64,000 nt of DNA from assembly GCA_964016885.1 (NCBI GenBank), contig OZ024760.1:3844001-3908000 (forward strand), in the 5' to 3' direction. The notes beneath the pieces were generated by a model. It was not told where the DNA came from and ran no database searches. It was given only the letters and a program-made list of their open reading frames with translations. A program made the translations under genes and the position numbers. Each line of letters begins with the position of its first letter. The first letter of the stretch is position 1. This stretch comes from Eledone cirrhosa. Lineage: Eukaryota. Positions 10,991-25,641 of this stretch are shown here, in pieces.

Positions 10991-13900
10991 GGTGTTTGGA
11001 ACATATTTTTTGTTTGTTCTTTTTTTAAATATATATTTTAGTTAGAGGAGGGTGGGTAGACAGTGCACATGACCTTTGCAGAGATCGGGGTGGGGAGGGA
11101 AATGACAACTCACTACATTACAACAGTCCATCCAATGGGCTTTTTACGCATTATTTCTGTCTACCCTATCTCATTGATGAGGTTACGGTTGACTCAACAT
11201 TTACCATGGAAGAAAAGAGGTGGAAAGAAGGAAAGACACTTTGCTCTTCCCCACTGTGTGGGGGGAAATATTTAGGACAATTTCTAAAAAAAAATCAAAA
11301 AAATCAGTTTTAATTTAAATTATGAACATAAAAAAAAATGAGAGAATTTCTGTACCATGGAAACTATCCAGTAGTGATATTCAGACGGGTTGCTATTGAA
11401 AGGGTTAAAGAAACTGAAAAAAAAAAAAACTCTTCTTGAAACGATTTTTTTATTTAAAAAAAAAAAATACATTAAAAAAAAAACTAATTGTTTTGTTTTA
11501 TTTTATTTTCATTTTTATTTAAATTTTTCTTTCTCTTGTCATTTTATTTTATTTCTATTTATTTTTATTTAATTTTAATTTTTTTTTAATTTTTTACTTT
11601 CCTGATTGGTCTGTCAAGAATGTTGACACCTCTCATTTGCAACATTATCATATTCTGGCATGAAATCATCATCATCATCACCACCATAATAATAATAAAA
11701 AGACAGTAAAACTACAAGTTTTATTTACTTAATTTTTTTTTTTTTTAACCATTCCAGGGAGGTCCAAGGTCCTGAATGGGTGGGGAGGAGGAATTAATAA
11801 CACACACAATGACATTCATTGCTGGGAATAGAGAGGGAGGGAGCGAATTGAATTCCAAAATAATAAAATGTTATTGACACAAGGTTGTGTTAATAATTAG
11901 AAATCAAACAAAGACATTTTATCTTATTCCTATCTTGGCCGTAGCACCTCTCCACACACACATGCACCCTAGAACTTGTCCTACAGACCCGTTCATTCCA
12001 CTCCAATTAATCATCTACTCTCCTTTAATTAAATTTTTTTTTATTAGATTTTCATGAATTAATCATTATTTATTGACAAATTTAAGAAAAATAAATAAAA
12101 AATAATTATAAATGTATTGTGGGCGAATGAGTTATTTCTTTGATGCGGTGAGGTGGATGGGGGGGGGGTCGTTGGTCTATATAAAGGCAAGAAAGGTCAA
12201 GGTTCGAAAACCTTATTGTAGGATACATTTATTGTTCTTATTCGTTATTCCTTATATTACTGGTATTTGACATATTACACTTGCAATATTCAGTCTAACA
12301 CATTAGAATTGTATGTTGCAGCTATAGTCCCCCCCCCACACACACACACACTTCCTTGCTGGACAATTACTGACACTTTACAAAGCTCAGGTGAAAAGAC
12401 ATGGACATTTTAGACCACATCCAGAGAGAAGCCGTTTGTCTAATTGGTATAAAGTCAACCACAGCCACACCCCAACCACTGGCCTATTAATGTGCAGACT
12501 ATGTTCATGGCACCTCCACACTTAACTTGTCTCTCCTCTCATCATCTATGTTGTGTTCAACCCCCTAGGATCTGTATTAACCACTATAATCGGTCATTTT
12601 TTTCACCCCCAGAATGTTGGTTCTCTGGAATTCTCTCAATTTCACTGGTCTTGGAAGGCCTGCGAAAACCATGAGTCCTTCCCCTTCTTCTAGACATAGC
12701 AAGTAAAAAAAGAAAACGGTAGCAAGGTAACAAATTAGAGGGGTTCATAAGAGCAAAATGCCTTGCAAGATTGATAAAGTAGCAGTCCAGGGTAGTGACT
12801 TAACTGAATTGTTAAAGAACCAGACAAGATGTCTTGCAGTATTTGTTCTGGCTCTTTGTGTTCTGAATTCAAATAACACTATGGCCTATCTAGGTGGTAG
12901 ACTTAATCTGTCATCTGGTTTAATGCAACCACCTGGCCATTGGTGCCTTTAGCAGAGACTTCTCTGTTGTAAGCATTCGGGCCAGGCCTCCAGTTTGCAT
13001 ATACCTTCCTACCAGTATCTGAGGCCTCTAAAAAGTGTCATAGTCATTGAATACCCTTCCTCCTAAGTGATAAACAAAAGATATCTAAAAATAAAAGATA
13101 CACAGGTAAGTTAATGTTGACATATTTAGCCTTTTCATCAATTATAATATTAATGAAAAAGAACTAGATTCAAATAATTTTGAAAACAATCAAGAATTTA
13201 AAGGGGTTTAGCAATATAACTTTCTCATTATTAAGCTGATGTTTGGAACTAAATTTAACAAAGATTCTTATATAGAATTATGCTGGAAGTCTTTTAGATT
13301 AACCCCTTTATGACCATATTTGTAATAAAAGACACTACCTATAATTTTAAAAATACTAAAAAATTCAACTAACTTTCTAGCTATTAATCTAATGTTTGGT
13401 ATATAAGGTTCTTAAATAAAATTATGATGGAAGAATTTTAGATAAATATAATCACTTTAAAACAAACAATTCTATATTGTATAATCTGAGACAATTGCAA
13501 GTAGTTTAACAAAAGGATCAATTACTAATGAAAAATAATACTTTTTGTCATTTCCTGACCTTGATGAGCTATTTTTGTTTTATTGTCCTAACAACCTAGA
13601 AACACACTGTTTGAACCTCTTTAAAACAACTAAACCCTAAATATTAGGTATTTTTTGGTCCCATTTTGATTCAGAACTGAGCTATTTCAAGGTTTTGAAA
13701 GCAGCTTCCTATGAGAACTGAATCCCCAAAATATATGTTTTGTCTGTCTGGATGTGCAAAGTGAAATCTGTTTGTGGAAAGATGATATCCTCATACATGT
13801 CATTGAGTATTCAAAACTACAGAGTCTGATGTATAATTTTAAATAATGAAAGAATAAGAAAAAAAACAAGGCGAGTAAAGGTTCATTTTTGTGGCTGGTG

Positions 13901-14110
13901 GTATGGAATTGCATACCTCTCAACGATTGGTTTGCACATTTTGCTCTCTAAAACGTTCGGAAAACAATGGATTAATTAATTACTGTTTTTTGTCTTATTC
14001 TTTCATTGTTAAACATTGGCAAACACGTAATCTTATCTGTTGTCGACTCTATTTAACTTTTTAAATAATTTCACTATAGTTAACAAACAGCCAACCCTCA
14101 ATCAATTTAA

Positions 14111-14302
14111 CCCTTTCGCATTTACATTACTCTATATTTACTATTGTATTTTCACATAATTATCTTGCATAATATTGAATCTATGAGATTTTGATATTAT
14201 TAATTTTAAGAACAATACCTTAACATTGGTATGAGTGGCCGGTTTGAACAGAAAGAGGTGAGAGAATTCTGGCCGGACATGGCTGGTTTAAATGCTAAAG
14301 GG
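14111..14302 (+). mobile_element. piggyBac-like MITE
   Basis: TTAA|CCCTTTCGCATTTA...TAAATGCTAAAGGG|TTAA: terminal inverted repeats with TTAA on both sides; five copies in the window. Confidence 0.8.
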
Positions 14303-14869
14303 TTAAGGTTTTACTTATGATGTCTCATGTTTTGGCCTTGATGTAGCCTCACATCACTCCTAGCCCTATATACATCCTCTTACCATACACACGATTGGGT
14401 TCCTTAGCTCTAGGTCACCCTAGTTGGAGCAACTATAACGATCCCACCTTTTAGGACAATTCAATAGCTAATGTCTTACTAAGATGGTAGGTTGATTTGT
14501 GATAAATTTGGCTGATATTTCTAGCAGTCAAATAGTCAAGAAGGGCAGAGGTTGGGAACATTTATATAATTCCTGAGACTAATTACTGTGAAAGATGGAT
14601 GCATTTGTGCTGAGAAAAATACTGAATCTTGAATTTTATATATTCATAAATATGTAACTTATGATTGATATATTAGTTTGCAGTGTTAAGGGTTAAAATA
14701 TTCTTTTCTTGTGGATTTTTAAAGACTCGGTGGATGAAGAGATTCTCCCAATCCTAGCAGAGAGGCTCACCCATTAGATAAAATAGCTTGATTGCATGGA
14801 ATACCTTTGAACATAGGTCTGTTCTACCAATGCTGACACGACATTCACCAAAATGTATTGCTTTCTGCC

Positions 14870-16870
14870 TCTCTTTGGCAGTATCAGTAGAGCATCTGAC
14901 AACATGCTTCGTGGCATATAGTTACAGTCTGAGTTCAAGCCCCCCCCCCTCCAAGTTAGCTTTGCCTTTCATCCTTACGGGGTTGATAAAATAAAGCACC
15001 AATAACATACTGGGATTGATTTAATTGACTTTCCTATTGCCCCAAATTGTTGGCCTTGTGCCTAAATCAGAAATCATTATTATTACTATTATTATATTAA
15101 GGTTAACTTCACCTTCCATCTTTCTGCAATTGATAAATTAAAGTACCAGGAATGTACTTGTGTTGACACAACTGACTTTCTCCTACCCACACACTGCTAA
15201 TTTAGGTAGAAGGCCAGCAATCATCATTATTATTGTCGTGCCACAAGTTTTAGAAGATACAATCAATAGAAAGCTAGCAGAATTGTTAGAGCATCAAACA
15301 AAATATCTTGCAGTATTTATCTACAGCCTTTTACTATCCCAGTTCAAATCCTGCCTTAGTCAATTTCACCTGTAGTCCCTCCAGGTTCTATAGAATTTAT
15401 GGAACATTCAAGTACTGGGGGTCTATATAATGAACTGTTTCTCCTCACCAAAATTTGTGGACTTGTGGCATATATAGAAATCATCCTGCCATGGTCAACT
15501 TTGCTTTTCTAATTTCCAGGGTTGATAAAATAAATAGCAGCCAAATACTGGAGTTCAATTAAATCAACTGTATGCCTTCCCCTATAATTTGTGGCCTTGT
15601 GTCTATATTAGAAACAATTCAATTATTACTTTATTGTGACTGGTGCCAAACACAACATAGATTGTTGTTATTCAAGCAAAAATCTGCATCTCAGGGTTTC
15701 TGTATTGCTAATGCTCTTAGGAAAAGCATGAGCACCACCAATTCCTATTTCTCACCCATTCACCCCTTTAAGTAAAAAACATTATCTCAGGATTCTTATC
15801 TATGCAAAAAAAGTATTCATTTTGAATAACACCATTTTTTTTTTGAAGTTATTTTCTCCACTTCTACCACCCTACACCACAATACTCTTCAGAGAGGCAT
15901 AAACTTACACCCACTAAGGGTTTTTAATATTGTTAAAATATTTATTATATTAAAGGTTATTGCTATTAATATCATTTTCTTCCTTGTATCCGATATATAA
16001 CTCTTGAGGCCATAAAGAGATAATAATAATAATAATTATGATTATTGTTTCTTTCAAATTCCACCAAGGTTAACTTTGCCTTTCATCCTTACAGGGTTGA
16101 TAAAATAAAGTACCAGTAATGCACTGGAGTTGATTTAATCGACTTTCCCTTCCCCCAAAATTGCTGGCATTGTGCCTAAAATAGAAACAATTATTATTAC
16201 TATTGTTAAAAGGGCAGTTGATTAGCAAGAGGATCCAACAAAATGCCTTGTGGTATTTAGTTACGCCCCTTTGCATTTCAAGATCAAATACTGCCCTTCA
16301 TCCTTCTAAAAGTCTACAAAATATAGTACTAGCCAAGTACTTGGAGGAGGGGTCAAGTTAATCAACCATTTACCTGCCCTCAAAATATATACTATAGTAT
16401 TGAAGTTAAAGGTTATCATTATTTCAAAGGTGGTTATTATATAGAGTGGTGGATTGGCAGAATTGTGAGGGTGTCAGAAAAAATGCTTTGCAGTATTCCT
16501 GCCAACTCTTTACATTCTGTATTCAAATACCACCAAGGTCATCTTCACCTTTTATCCTTATGGGGTTGATAAAATAAAGTTCCAGTCTAGAAGTTGGGGT
16601 TAATTCAACTGACTTTACTCTCCTCAAAATTGTTGGCCTTCTGCTTATATTAGAAAACATTATTTATACCATTATAGGGCGGTGGATTGGCAGTATCGGT
16701 AGAGGGTCGGATCTCATGCTTTGACACATTGAGTTACGGCCCTTGCCATTCTGAGTTCAAATCCCGCCGAGGTTAACTTTGCCTTTCATCCTTACGGGTT
16801 CGATAAAATAAAGTACCAGTGGGTAATTGCTGGCCTTGTGCCAAAAGTAGAAACAATTATTTTTACCATT
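14870..16870 (+). mobile_element. Head-to-tail array of about 7-8 SINE copies
   Basis: Recurrent blocks GTTCAAATCC, AACTTTGCCTTTCATCC, GTTGATAAAATAAAGTACCAG and GGCCTTGTG...AGAAACAATTATT, all on +. Confidence 0.8.
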
Positions 16871-17337
16871 ATATAGAGTGGAAAGGGAGTATTTCTCTAA
16901 AACCATTTTCTACCTCAGGTAAGGGACACAATTCGTATTTCTTTCTTTCGTTCTTCTTCATGAGATAAAAAAAAAAATCTAGCACATATTTACATATATT
17001 TCTATCAAATAACAGGGGGGAAACAAACAGCTTGACAGGAGATATATTTTAAATTGTCCTACATATGTAAAAAAAAAAATTAATTAAAAAATATATAATA
17101 AAACTAAAAAATTTAAAATTATAAACTTATATTTAAAAGATTTTTAAAGAAGTTTAGATTTGAATATTTTAATAACAACAACGTTAATCAATCACAACTA
17201 ATTTATATTGTTTAAATATACACATATATATATGTATATATATGTATTGGGTGTATGCACAGGCATGGTTGTGTGATGAGGAAGATTGCTTTGCAGCCAC
17301 ATGGTTTGGGATTCAGACCCACTTTTTGGCACCTTAA

Positions 17338-17543
17338 CCCTTTAGCATTTACATTACTCTAATTACTGTTGTATTTTCACAGTAAAGGCTTTACCTCACA
17401 TAATATTGAATCTATGAGATTTTGATATTATTTATTTTGAGAACAATACCTTAACATCAGTATGAGTGGCCAGTTACAGCTGGTTTGAACAGAAAGAGGT
17501 GAGAGAATTCTGGCCAGATATGGCCAGTTTAAATGCTAAAGGG
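17338..17543 (+). mobile_element. piggyBac-like MITE nested inside a SINE (host SINE about 17259-17635)
   Basis: TTAA|CCCTTTAGCATTTA...TAAATGCTAAAGGG|TTAA; the flanks rejoin as a SINE body (GGCACCT...GCAAATGTCTTCTATTATAGCC, compare 1370-1400). Confidence 0.8.
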
Positions 17544-18689
17544 TTAAGCAAATGTCTTCTATTATAGCCTCAGGTTGACCAATGTCTTGTGAGTGAAAAT
17601 TTGGTAAGCAGAAACTGTATGGAAGCCCACAGTGCATATATATATATAAATGTGTGTGTAATGTGTATACCAATTGCAGTAAGCTTCATATTGACACTGT
17701 TTAAAAAAATGCCAACAGTAACATTTGTTTTAAGTCCTGTAGATCATAATTAAAATAAGGTACTGATGTCACAAAGAGATCTAGGCATAGAAAACCTGCC
17801 TTAAAATTACATCCAGTCCATGCAAGACTGAAAAAGTGGACATATAGAACAATGAGGATTGAAAATATTCTCTACATCTATTCCCTTAACATAGTTCTCA
17901 GGGAGATTCAGCATGACAAGTATGTTCCTTGTTACAGGTACAACTCGATTTTTGCCTGTTGTGTGGACTGAAGCAATGCGAAATAATGTATCTTGCTCAA
18001 GGGCATAACGTGCTGCTGGGAATCGAACTTATAGTCTTATGATCATAAACTGAACACCCTAACCACTAGTCCACACACCTTCACATATAGATATCTATAT
18101 ATATTATATATTATTTGTTTTTGTTAAGCTTCAAATAAGACCGAATTTAGGAAACCAGTGCATAATGTATTTAGGACTACATTATCCGATACACCCTTCT
18201 TTAAAGGTGGTAGGGTGTGATTTGAGGAAGATTAGGCTGTTATTTCTACTAGATCGATTGAAAGTCTGTCATCACATAAATACATATATGTATGTATGTG
18301 TGTCATTTGAGATATCTATTTAATCATATGTCTATATATGTGTGTGTGCTTGTGTATGTCTTTGTTAGCTGGTGATATATATGTATAAATGGTGGTGATG
18401 ATAGTGAAGACTTTTAGCTACATAGTGTTGCTAAAACCAAAGGCAGGGATTATCATGCTACTCTATATATTTATGTAGCAGACATTTTTTTGTATATGTG
18501 TGTGTATTTGTCTTTAAATATATAAATGTATGTATGTAAAAATTGATGTCATAGTGTTTGTAAATTTCTGTGTACTTGTGTGTGCATCTGTACACACAAC
18601 CATGCAAAAATCTTGTATATATATATCAATCCTCCTCATCACTTTACATGTTTTTTTCTTTTTCTATATATGGATTGTATAGGTATTCT

Positions 18690-19150
18690 ACAACATAGTG
18701 TCTCTCCAATTGTCATTCCTTTCTTGAGGTTCTGCCATCCCCAGATCAACCTTTATCACTTCTTCCCATATCTTCCTTAGTCTTCCTCTACCATAGGTTC
18801 CCTCCTTGTGGATTGCTTAGCACTTCTTTACCCAACTGTCATCACAGGTCTTTATCAGCTCAGTCTTCTTTTTTGCACACTATATCTGTTTCTCAGGGTT
18901 CATTTGTGTTGTGTTGTTCAACAATATTAGACATCCAGTGAAGTATACTCGCCTCATTTGTTTCCAGCTTTCACAAATCTTCCACATTCAAGACCCATGT
19001 TTCAGATCCAAGCAATATTATAAGCATCATACAATCTATCATTCTTTTCAAGAGAGAATCAGTTGGTTATCAACAAAGGCAATAGCTCCTTAAATGTTTT
19101 TCACCTTGTTCTTACTTTGGCCACCATGTTTTTTGTACACCTATTTCCAC
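18690..19150 (-). mobile_element. Old RTE LINE 3' relic
   Basis: Degenerate similarity to the C-terminal part of the RTE copies at about 44 kb and 54 kb. Confidence 0.5.
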
Positions 19151-19225
19151 CTGTTAATTAAGTCCCCTATTAACTACTTTGGGGCCTTCAAAGAATTCAT
19201 GAGTGTACTCACTGTTGATTATTTC

Positions 19226-19312
19226 TGCAGAGCTGATATATAAAGATTAAGAAGGACCAAAGAGTCAATATGCCTCTTTGGTGCTTCTTAATCTTTATAT
19301 ATCAGCTCTGCA
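19226..19312. repeat. 87-nt near-perfect hairpin
   Basis: TGCAGAGCTGATATATAAAGATTAAGAAGgACCAAAGAG...CTCTTTGGTgCTTCTTAATCTTTATATATCAGCTCTGCA. Confidence 0.9.
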
Positions 19313-19369
19313 TGAACCCCATTGCATCGAGCTTTAAACCCTCTGTTAAACACTGTTATTATTAATATA

Positions 19370-19400
<31 letters not shown>

Positions 19401-21020
19401 GTGTATATATATATATATACACACACACACACTTAAAAATAAACAAGATATGAGTTTGGCTTCAGAAAACCTGCTTAAAAAAAATATTACCTTAGCCCAT
19501 GCAAGCATTGAAAAAGTTTATGTAATGGTGGTGGTGATGATGATGATATATTATTTTGCCTCATTATCGAGACATTTTCTTTTTACTTTCATCTCACAAA
19601 TTAAATTAAATTATTAATTTCATTTTTGAAAGATCAAGGGGTAAAGGGGGGAGGGTGTAAATAATTTCTTTGATGAATTTGATAATTCAATTTCATTATG
19701 TTATAAAAACTAAAAAAATTAAAAAAAATTTAAAAAAATAAAAACTTAAAAAAGATTAAAACAAAAATTACATATGAACATATCAATTGTTTTTATATAT
19801 ATACATACATATACTAGCTTAATTTCTTTTAATAAACTCTCTTCCCTACTGTCTTTGAAATAAGAGCACATAAACCAATGAGGGACCTTCTATATAAAGA
19901 CCATACCTATTTAATATAGCAAATTTCAAAATAAGGAACCACATAAAACCAGTGAGGGACCTATATCAGCTGTTTTTAACCTAAAGTTTACAAATCTCTG
20001 GTGGTCTTATAAGCTTGTTAAATATACAAACATTGCAAAAGATAAGAGTTTCTAGTAATGAAAAAGTTGGGAACTACTGTTTTATACAAGGACTCTATTT
20101 ATTCAATATTTCAATCTTTTCTCTCAAATCTCTTGTTGTCCATTATAAAATAAAGAGTTCACATAACCTAGAAAGAGACAGGTTAATTTCTCTCCAATTC
20201 CCTGCTTTCTACAAAATAGGGAAACTACATGTTTGAGGAGGGATCAAAATAGAATAGTCATGACCTTGTAATAGTGGGCTTGATATATAATAGAGATGAG
20301 GATGATGAAAAAAATAGGTGCGTCTGTTGGCATGACTATGATTAAAATATTCACTTTGCACATATGTGGTTTCAGGTTTAATACCATTACCTGACACCTA
20401 CTATAGTCTTCAATCAACCAAAATTTAGTAGGTGGAAACTGTACAGAAGCCTGTTGGTAAGAGCATTCTTGTTTTAGGTGGCAGACTCAATATGTCAAAA
20501 GTTTAATACCAGCATCCGGTCCTCTATGATGAAAGCATTTGAGATAAATCTTTAGTTTCAAGATAACTTCCTTCTACCAGATATAGAGGTTTTGAAAACG
20601 GGGTCTTCGCTCCTCTAAGACACTAATCCGTGTGTGTGTATATATATATATGTATGTATGTAAAAAGTAAACAGAAATAACAAACAACACAATATGATGA
20701 AATATATTAGTTTAACACTTGAAATATATATAGCCAATGTTTTTACTGAACAGATGTTTTGTTTATATGAAATCATCCAGTTGATTACTGATACATATTT
20801 TATGTGAAAGCATAAAAAAATTAAGTTCATCCATCCAACTATCCATTTGATCATCCATCCATGAACCCATCTACTGATCAATTCATCCATCCAGCAGTCA
20901 GTTTAACATAGTGAGACTGAAACACAAAACAAAATTGTATGACACATTTAGTCAGGTTGCATTTAGTCAAATAATTGCTTTTCTTGAACTGATATGAAAC
21001 CATAACAAAACTAGAGTTAA

Positions 21021-21217
21021 TCCTTTAGCATTTACGTTTCTCTATATTTACTATTACATTTTCACGGTAAAGGCTTTATCTTACTTAATTATCTCACATA
21101 ATATCGAATCTATGAGATTTTGATATTATTTATTTTGAGAACAATACCTTACAGCCGGTTTGAACAGAAAGAGGTGAAAGAATTCGGCCAGATACAACCA
21201 GTTTAAATGCTAAAGGG
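21021..21217 (+). mobile_element. piggyBac-like MITE (third copy)
   Basis: TTAA-flanked; same TIR and body as 14111 and 17338. Confidence 0.75.
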
Positions 21218-22139
21218 TTAAGTGTCTTGATTCAGAATATATCAGTAAAGAGTAAGGAAAGAAGGGAGACAGGCAACAAACATATATAAATCCCATAAAC
21301 CAAACTTCGGCTTTTTGCGTATCCATCCACTCAGCTATTGTTCCCAGTGCCAGATTTATGCCAAAGCTAAACTAGCTACAGTTTAGGGCCTCACAATCCA
21401 AAGGGGCTCCCAAAATAATTAAAAGGCATAAATGTTTTCCATTTTTTAGACATTCTGGTGATCTTTTTTAACAAAGGACCTCCTGTTTAAAACCATGTCT
21501 GAATATACATCATCATTACCTCCATCGTTATCAATTATTTCTATTAGTAAAATATCTGATATTTCATTCTAGTTTGGGTTTAATAATGACTTCTAATTTA
21601 GGCACAAGGCCAACAACAACAATAATAATAATTTCTAACATACCCTAAATTTCTCTGTGGCTAAGGGGCATAGCTGATTTAATATTTGACTCTAGTACTT
21701 ATTTTATACCACTAAATTTTTTAGTTTGTGAATGCATGTGGCTTAGTGGTTAGTGTGTTGGACTTAGGATTGTAATATCATGGATTCAATCCTTGGACCA
21801 GGTTGTGTGTTGTGTTCTTGAACAAAACCCTTTATTTCATGTTGCTCTGGTCAACTTAGCTGAAAGTGAATACTAGTGGTAACTCAAGAGATAACTAAGT
21901 GATGAACTGACATCCTGTACTGGGATGAAGGGAGTAGAGTCGTGTATTCTCTCTCACTTAATGCCAATAAAATTAGGATGAACGCTGGCCTGATGAGCCA
22001 GCGAGCTTGAGACAAACTAACCTTTTTTTTTTTATTTTATGCGCACTTTCCAATTTCCAGTTCTTCATAGAAAAGATAGTTTAGGATTTGTCCATTATAC
22101 ATTGACACAATATTCCTTGTTCAGCACATGTGACTAGTG

Positions 22140-22640
22140 ATGATCTGTGATTAAATGATGAGACAAACACTTTTTTGAAGTACTTTGATGCCTGGTGTTT
22201 GTGTCTTCCAACTGACCTTTAGTATGGGCCACAAACATTTTTAATGAAATCTTTCAAGCAACTACACATTATCCATGCCTCAGACAGTTATAGAAAGGTC
22301 ATCACAACACATGTCATATACACACTAACTTTAGCATGAATGGTGATGCCATGGCCTGACCACAACCTATTTTTGTAACTTGCATAATGTTGTACAAGTT
22401 TCTTTGAATTTGTGAGAGCATTTCTGTATCTAAGGGTCCATCTAAGATACAAGAATGTAGCCACAACTTCTAATTTAGTACCATTCGTGAGAGTATTTGG
22501 TTCAGCATAGAGTTCATCTGATGAAGGTGTGAACATCATATTTTGTCTTCATCTAGCTTATTCTAAAGCCAAATGTAGCGGAGAATTGGTTCATTGTAAA
22601 CTGCATGAAACTTCCAGTATCATCTGCATAAAACAGTTCT
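22140..22640 (-). mobile_element. Degenerate RTE-type LINE RT relic
   Basis: Minus translation TKLEVVATFLYL...LW..HGITIHAKVSVYMTCVVMTFL resembles the RTE post-RT V..F.YLG / K..VY...V...LLYG.E.W region. Confidence 0.5.
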
Positions 22641-25003
22641 TGAATCAAAGATTTTAATCTCTCTCACACACACACACATACATACATACATACATATTAA
22701 GAATTGTTTTCTGAAGGGAACTACAGTTAAATAAGGTACTCAATACATTAGTAGAGAAGGTATAGATTTATTGCATATAGAACTGTTCAATTCATTTGAA
22801 ATCTTCAGGACAATTTCAAACAAATGAAATGCTTGTAGAAGTAATTTCTCTATGTTTATATATATATAGGTTATTATGTGAGTAACTTGTAGTTACTAGT
22901 GGCAACGCTGGTCAATGCTGTTACTGGGTCTGTCTCTTGTTGGGTTGTGCTCTAGGTTTAAGGCAGCTGTAGTTTGCAGAGTATGTGTGTGTATATATAT
23001 ATATATATATGATAAGCTCATTTATTTCATAAAATAATGTTTCACACACATCATTTTATGCCATACTTATAGCTACAGTGAGACATCAAACCATCTTTAG
23101 ATTAGTAATAACTACAAAATGAATTATTGGACAACTTACACAGTGCTATGGTTATAGTGGTGAACACTCGTGTGGAACCATCCATATTTTTAGGTCTTGC
23201 TGATAACACCACATTGGTGTAAAGACTTCAGGCTTTTCGTGTAAGAGTTATTCATCTAGAGAACACCTATACCCCTATAAGGTGAGGTATTGTACATGAG
23301 GCACCTACATGGTACTTGAAATTTATTCAAAGTAAGTTCCTCTCTGAATGTGTGTGTGTATATATATTGTGTGTGTGTATCTATCAATATATATTGCAGT
23401 ACTATCTGCAATATATATTGCATAACTACACCTCATAATTTTATGAGCATATTATGCAATAAAACAATTATGTAAAGGTAACCCTGTTAAACATTTCGTA
23501 TATAGGTATATGTATGTGTCTCATCATTATTTATCATCTGTTTTCCTTGCTATATGTTGGTTTGTAATGTGCTATTACTAATTACAAATAACACAAACCA
23601 AAAATCAACATACAGATGATACACTACTAATTAACTATGAAATTCACCAAAAATCTATCATTGAATAACATTGAAGATTTTTACCAATGATCTCATGATC
23701 CCTTGTAACCTAATACAAAGCACATAGACAATACACCATAACTACCATGATTTTTATTCTGAAGATGGGACTGTGAAGGTCTGAAAACAGTAATATATTT
23801 AAGAATTTTAGATTGCTATTGTTTTAAACTAATCATAAAGGACTAATGCTGATAAAATACATGGTATTTGAATTAATCAATGAAGAATTTCGAGGGATTT
23901 ACTAAAATTATTTCAATTATTAAAATGGTGTTTATAACATAACACAACACAACTGTGTTTGTTTTTTTATGTACATAAACTAAATAATATTGGAAGATAC
24001 TAAATTTAATAGGAACCTTGTAAATGGATGATTTGCTCCATAGAACTGAGGTAGTTTTGTGTGGGTTGTTATTGAAAAGGTTAATATAACATGTTTGAAA
24101 GAAAAGGTGGTCCTTTCTCTCCCTCTCACACACACAGACACTCTTGGAACTAATGCACTTCAATCATTGCCCAGTATTTCTATTTTTGATGATCACCAGA
24201 GATTGAAGATCAGCTGTTTGTGAGCATATTTACCAACCTTATTTCAATTTCTGATTGAAACAAACATTGCCAAAATTTTATCACACTGGCTTAATGCCTG
24301 TCAAAAATGCATGAATGCCTCAACATCCCATCTGTAATGATAGTAGTTTTCATAAACCCCAAATTTGGATGGGGCTTAGTAGGTTTGGCCAAGTAAATGG
24401 GATTCACTGATATATTTTGAAATTTCACTTCAAACCATATGACTGTAAATATAAGGTCTGAAGCTTCAACTCCTAGTAAATATATGTAAATACACACACA
24501 CACACTCATATACATACACACACATCTATATATCTATACACAAACACATACATATGCATACCTCACCTCCATCCACATATATATATATACATGTTATTAT
24601 ATAGTATATCTAGTATATAATGCATTTGTGCACAATGTAAATGTATATATGATGTTTAGCAGCATTTATATAAAGGCTTATAATTAATGTTTTGTAGGTG
24701 TGTATAGTGTAAAATGTGTATATATACATATATATAATCTATACAGATATATATATGTATTGAAACAAGAAGAAACTAGATTAACGGCAGGGATCTAAAG
24801 AATAAACATCTGATTGAATCTTGTCAAATATTTTTACACATTCTTTCAGCTATTCTCTTATTCTGTCATTCTGTTATCTATTATGTCGTGTGTACAACTG
24901 TTCTTTCATTCTGTCATTCTGATAGTTAGTTTGTTGTATATACAGCTCCGTTTGTCATTCTGTCTATTCTGTTATCCGTTATGTACATATACGTATATAT
25001 ATA

Positions 25004-25061
<58 letters not shown>

Positions 25062-25641
25062 GTATATAAATATATGTATATAAATGTATGTATATGTATG
25101 TATGTATATATATAGATGTATGTGTATATAAATGTATGTATATAAATATGTGTATATATATGTATGTATATGTATATACATGTACGTATATATATGTATG
25201 TGTATATATGTATATACGTATGTATATAAATTTGTGTATATATATGTATGTATATATATATATATAAATATGTGCATATATATGTATGTAAATACATATA
25301 TATATATGTATATATATGCAAATATACATGTATTAGACTCAGTATTTTGGATATTTTTTCTCTCTTGTTATTCATTGTTGTCATAGTGATATCTTTATAT
25401 TGTCACACTTGTCACATTGCATTATAACATAGTATCCTGTATAACCATGTATAATCACATACATATACACCCATACAAATATACACATATATACATACAC
25501 ACACACACACACATACATACATATATACCTAACACACACATACAAAATATATATATATATTTGCATATATACACACATATATATACATATTTATACACTC
25601 ACACACACCTATACACACACACAAAATAAATGTGCATGTAC

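Noticed and set aside
16680-16775. tRNA genes at SINE heads
   Set aside because: Only A/B-box similarity; no cloverleaf; each continues into a SINE body.
21990-21996. CTGATGA hits here and near 22519, 28971 (minus) and 49105 as hammerheads
   Set aside because: No properly placed GAAA, helix III or helix I.
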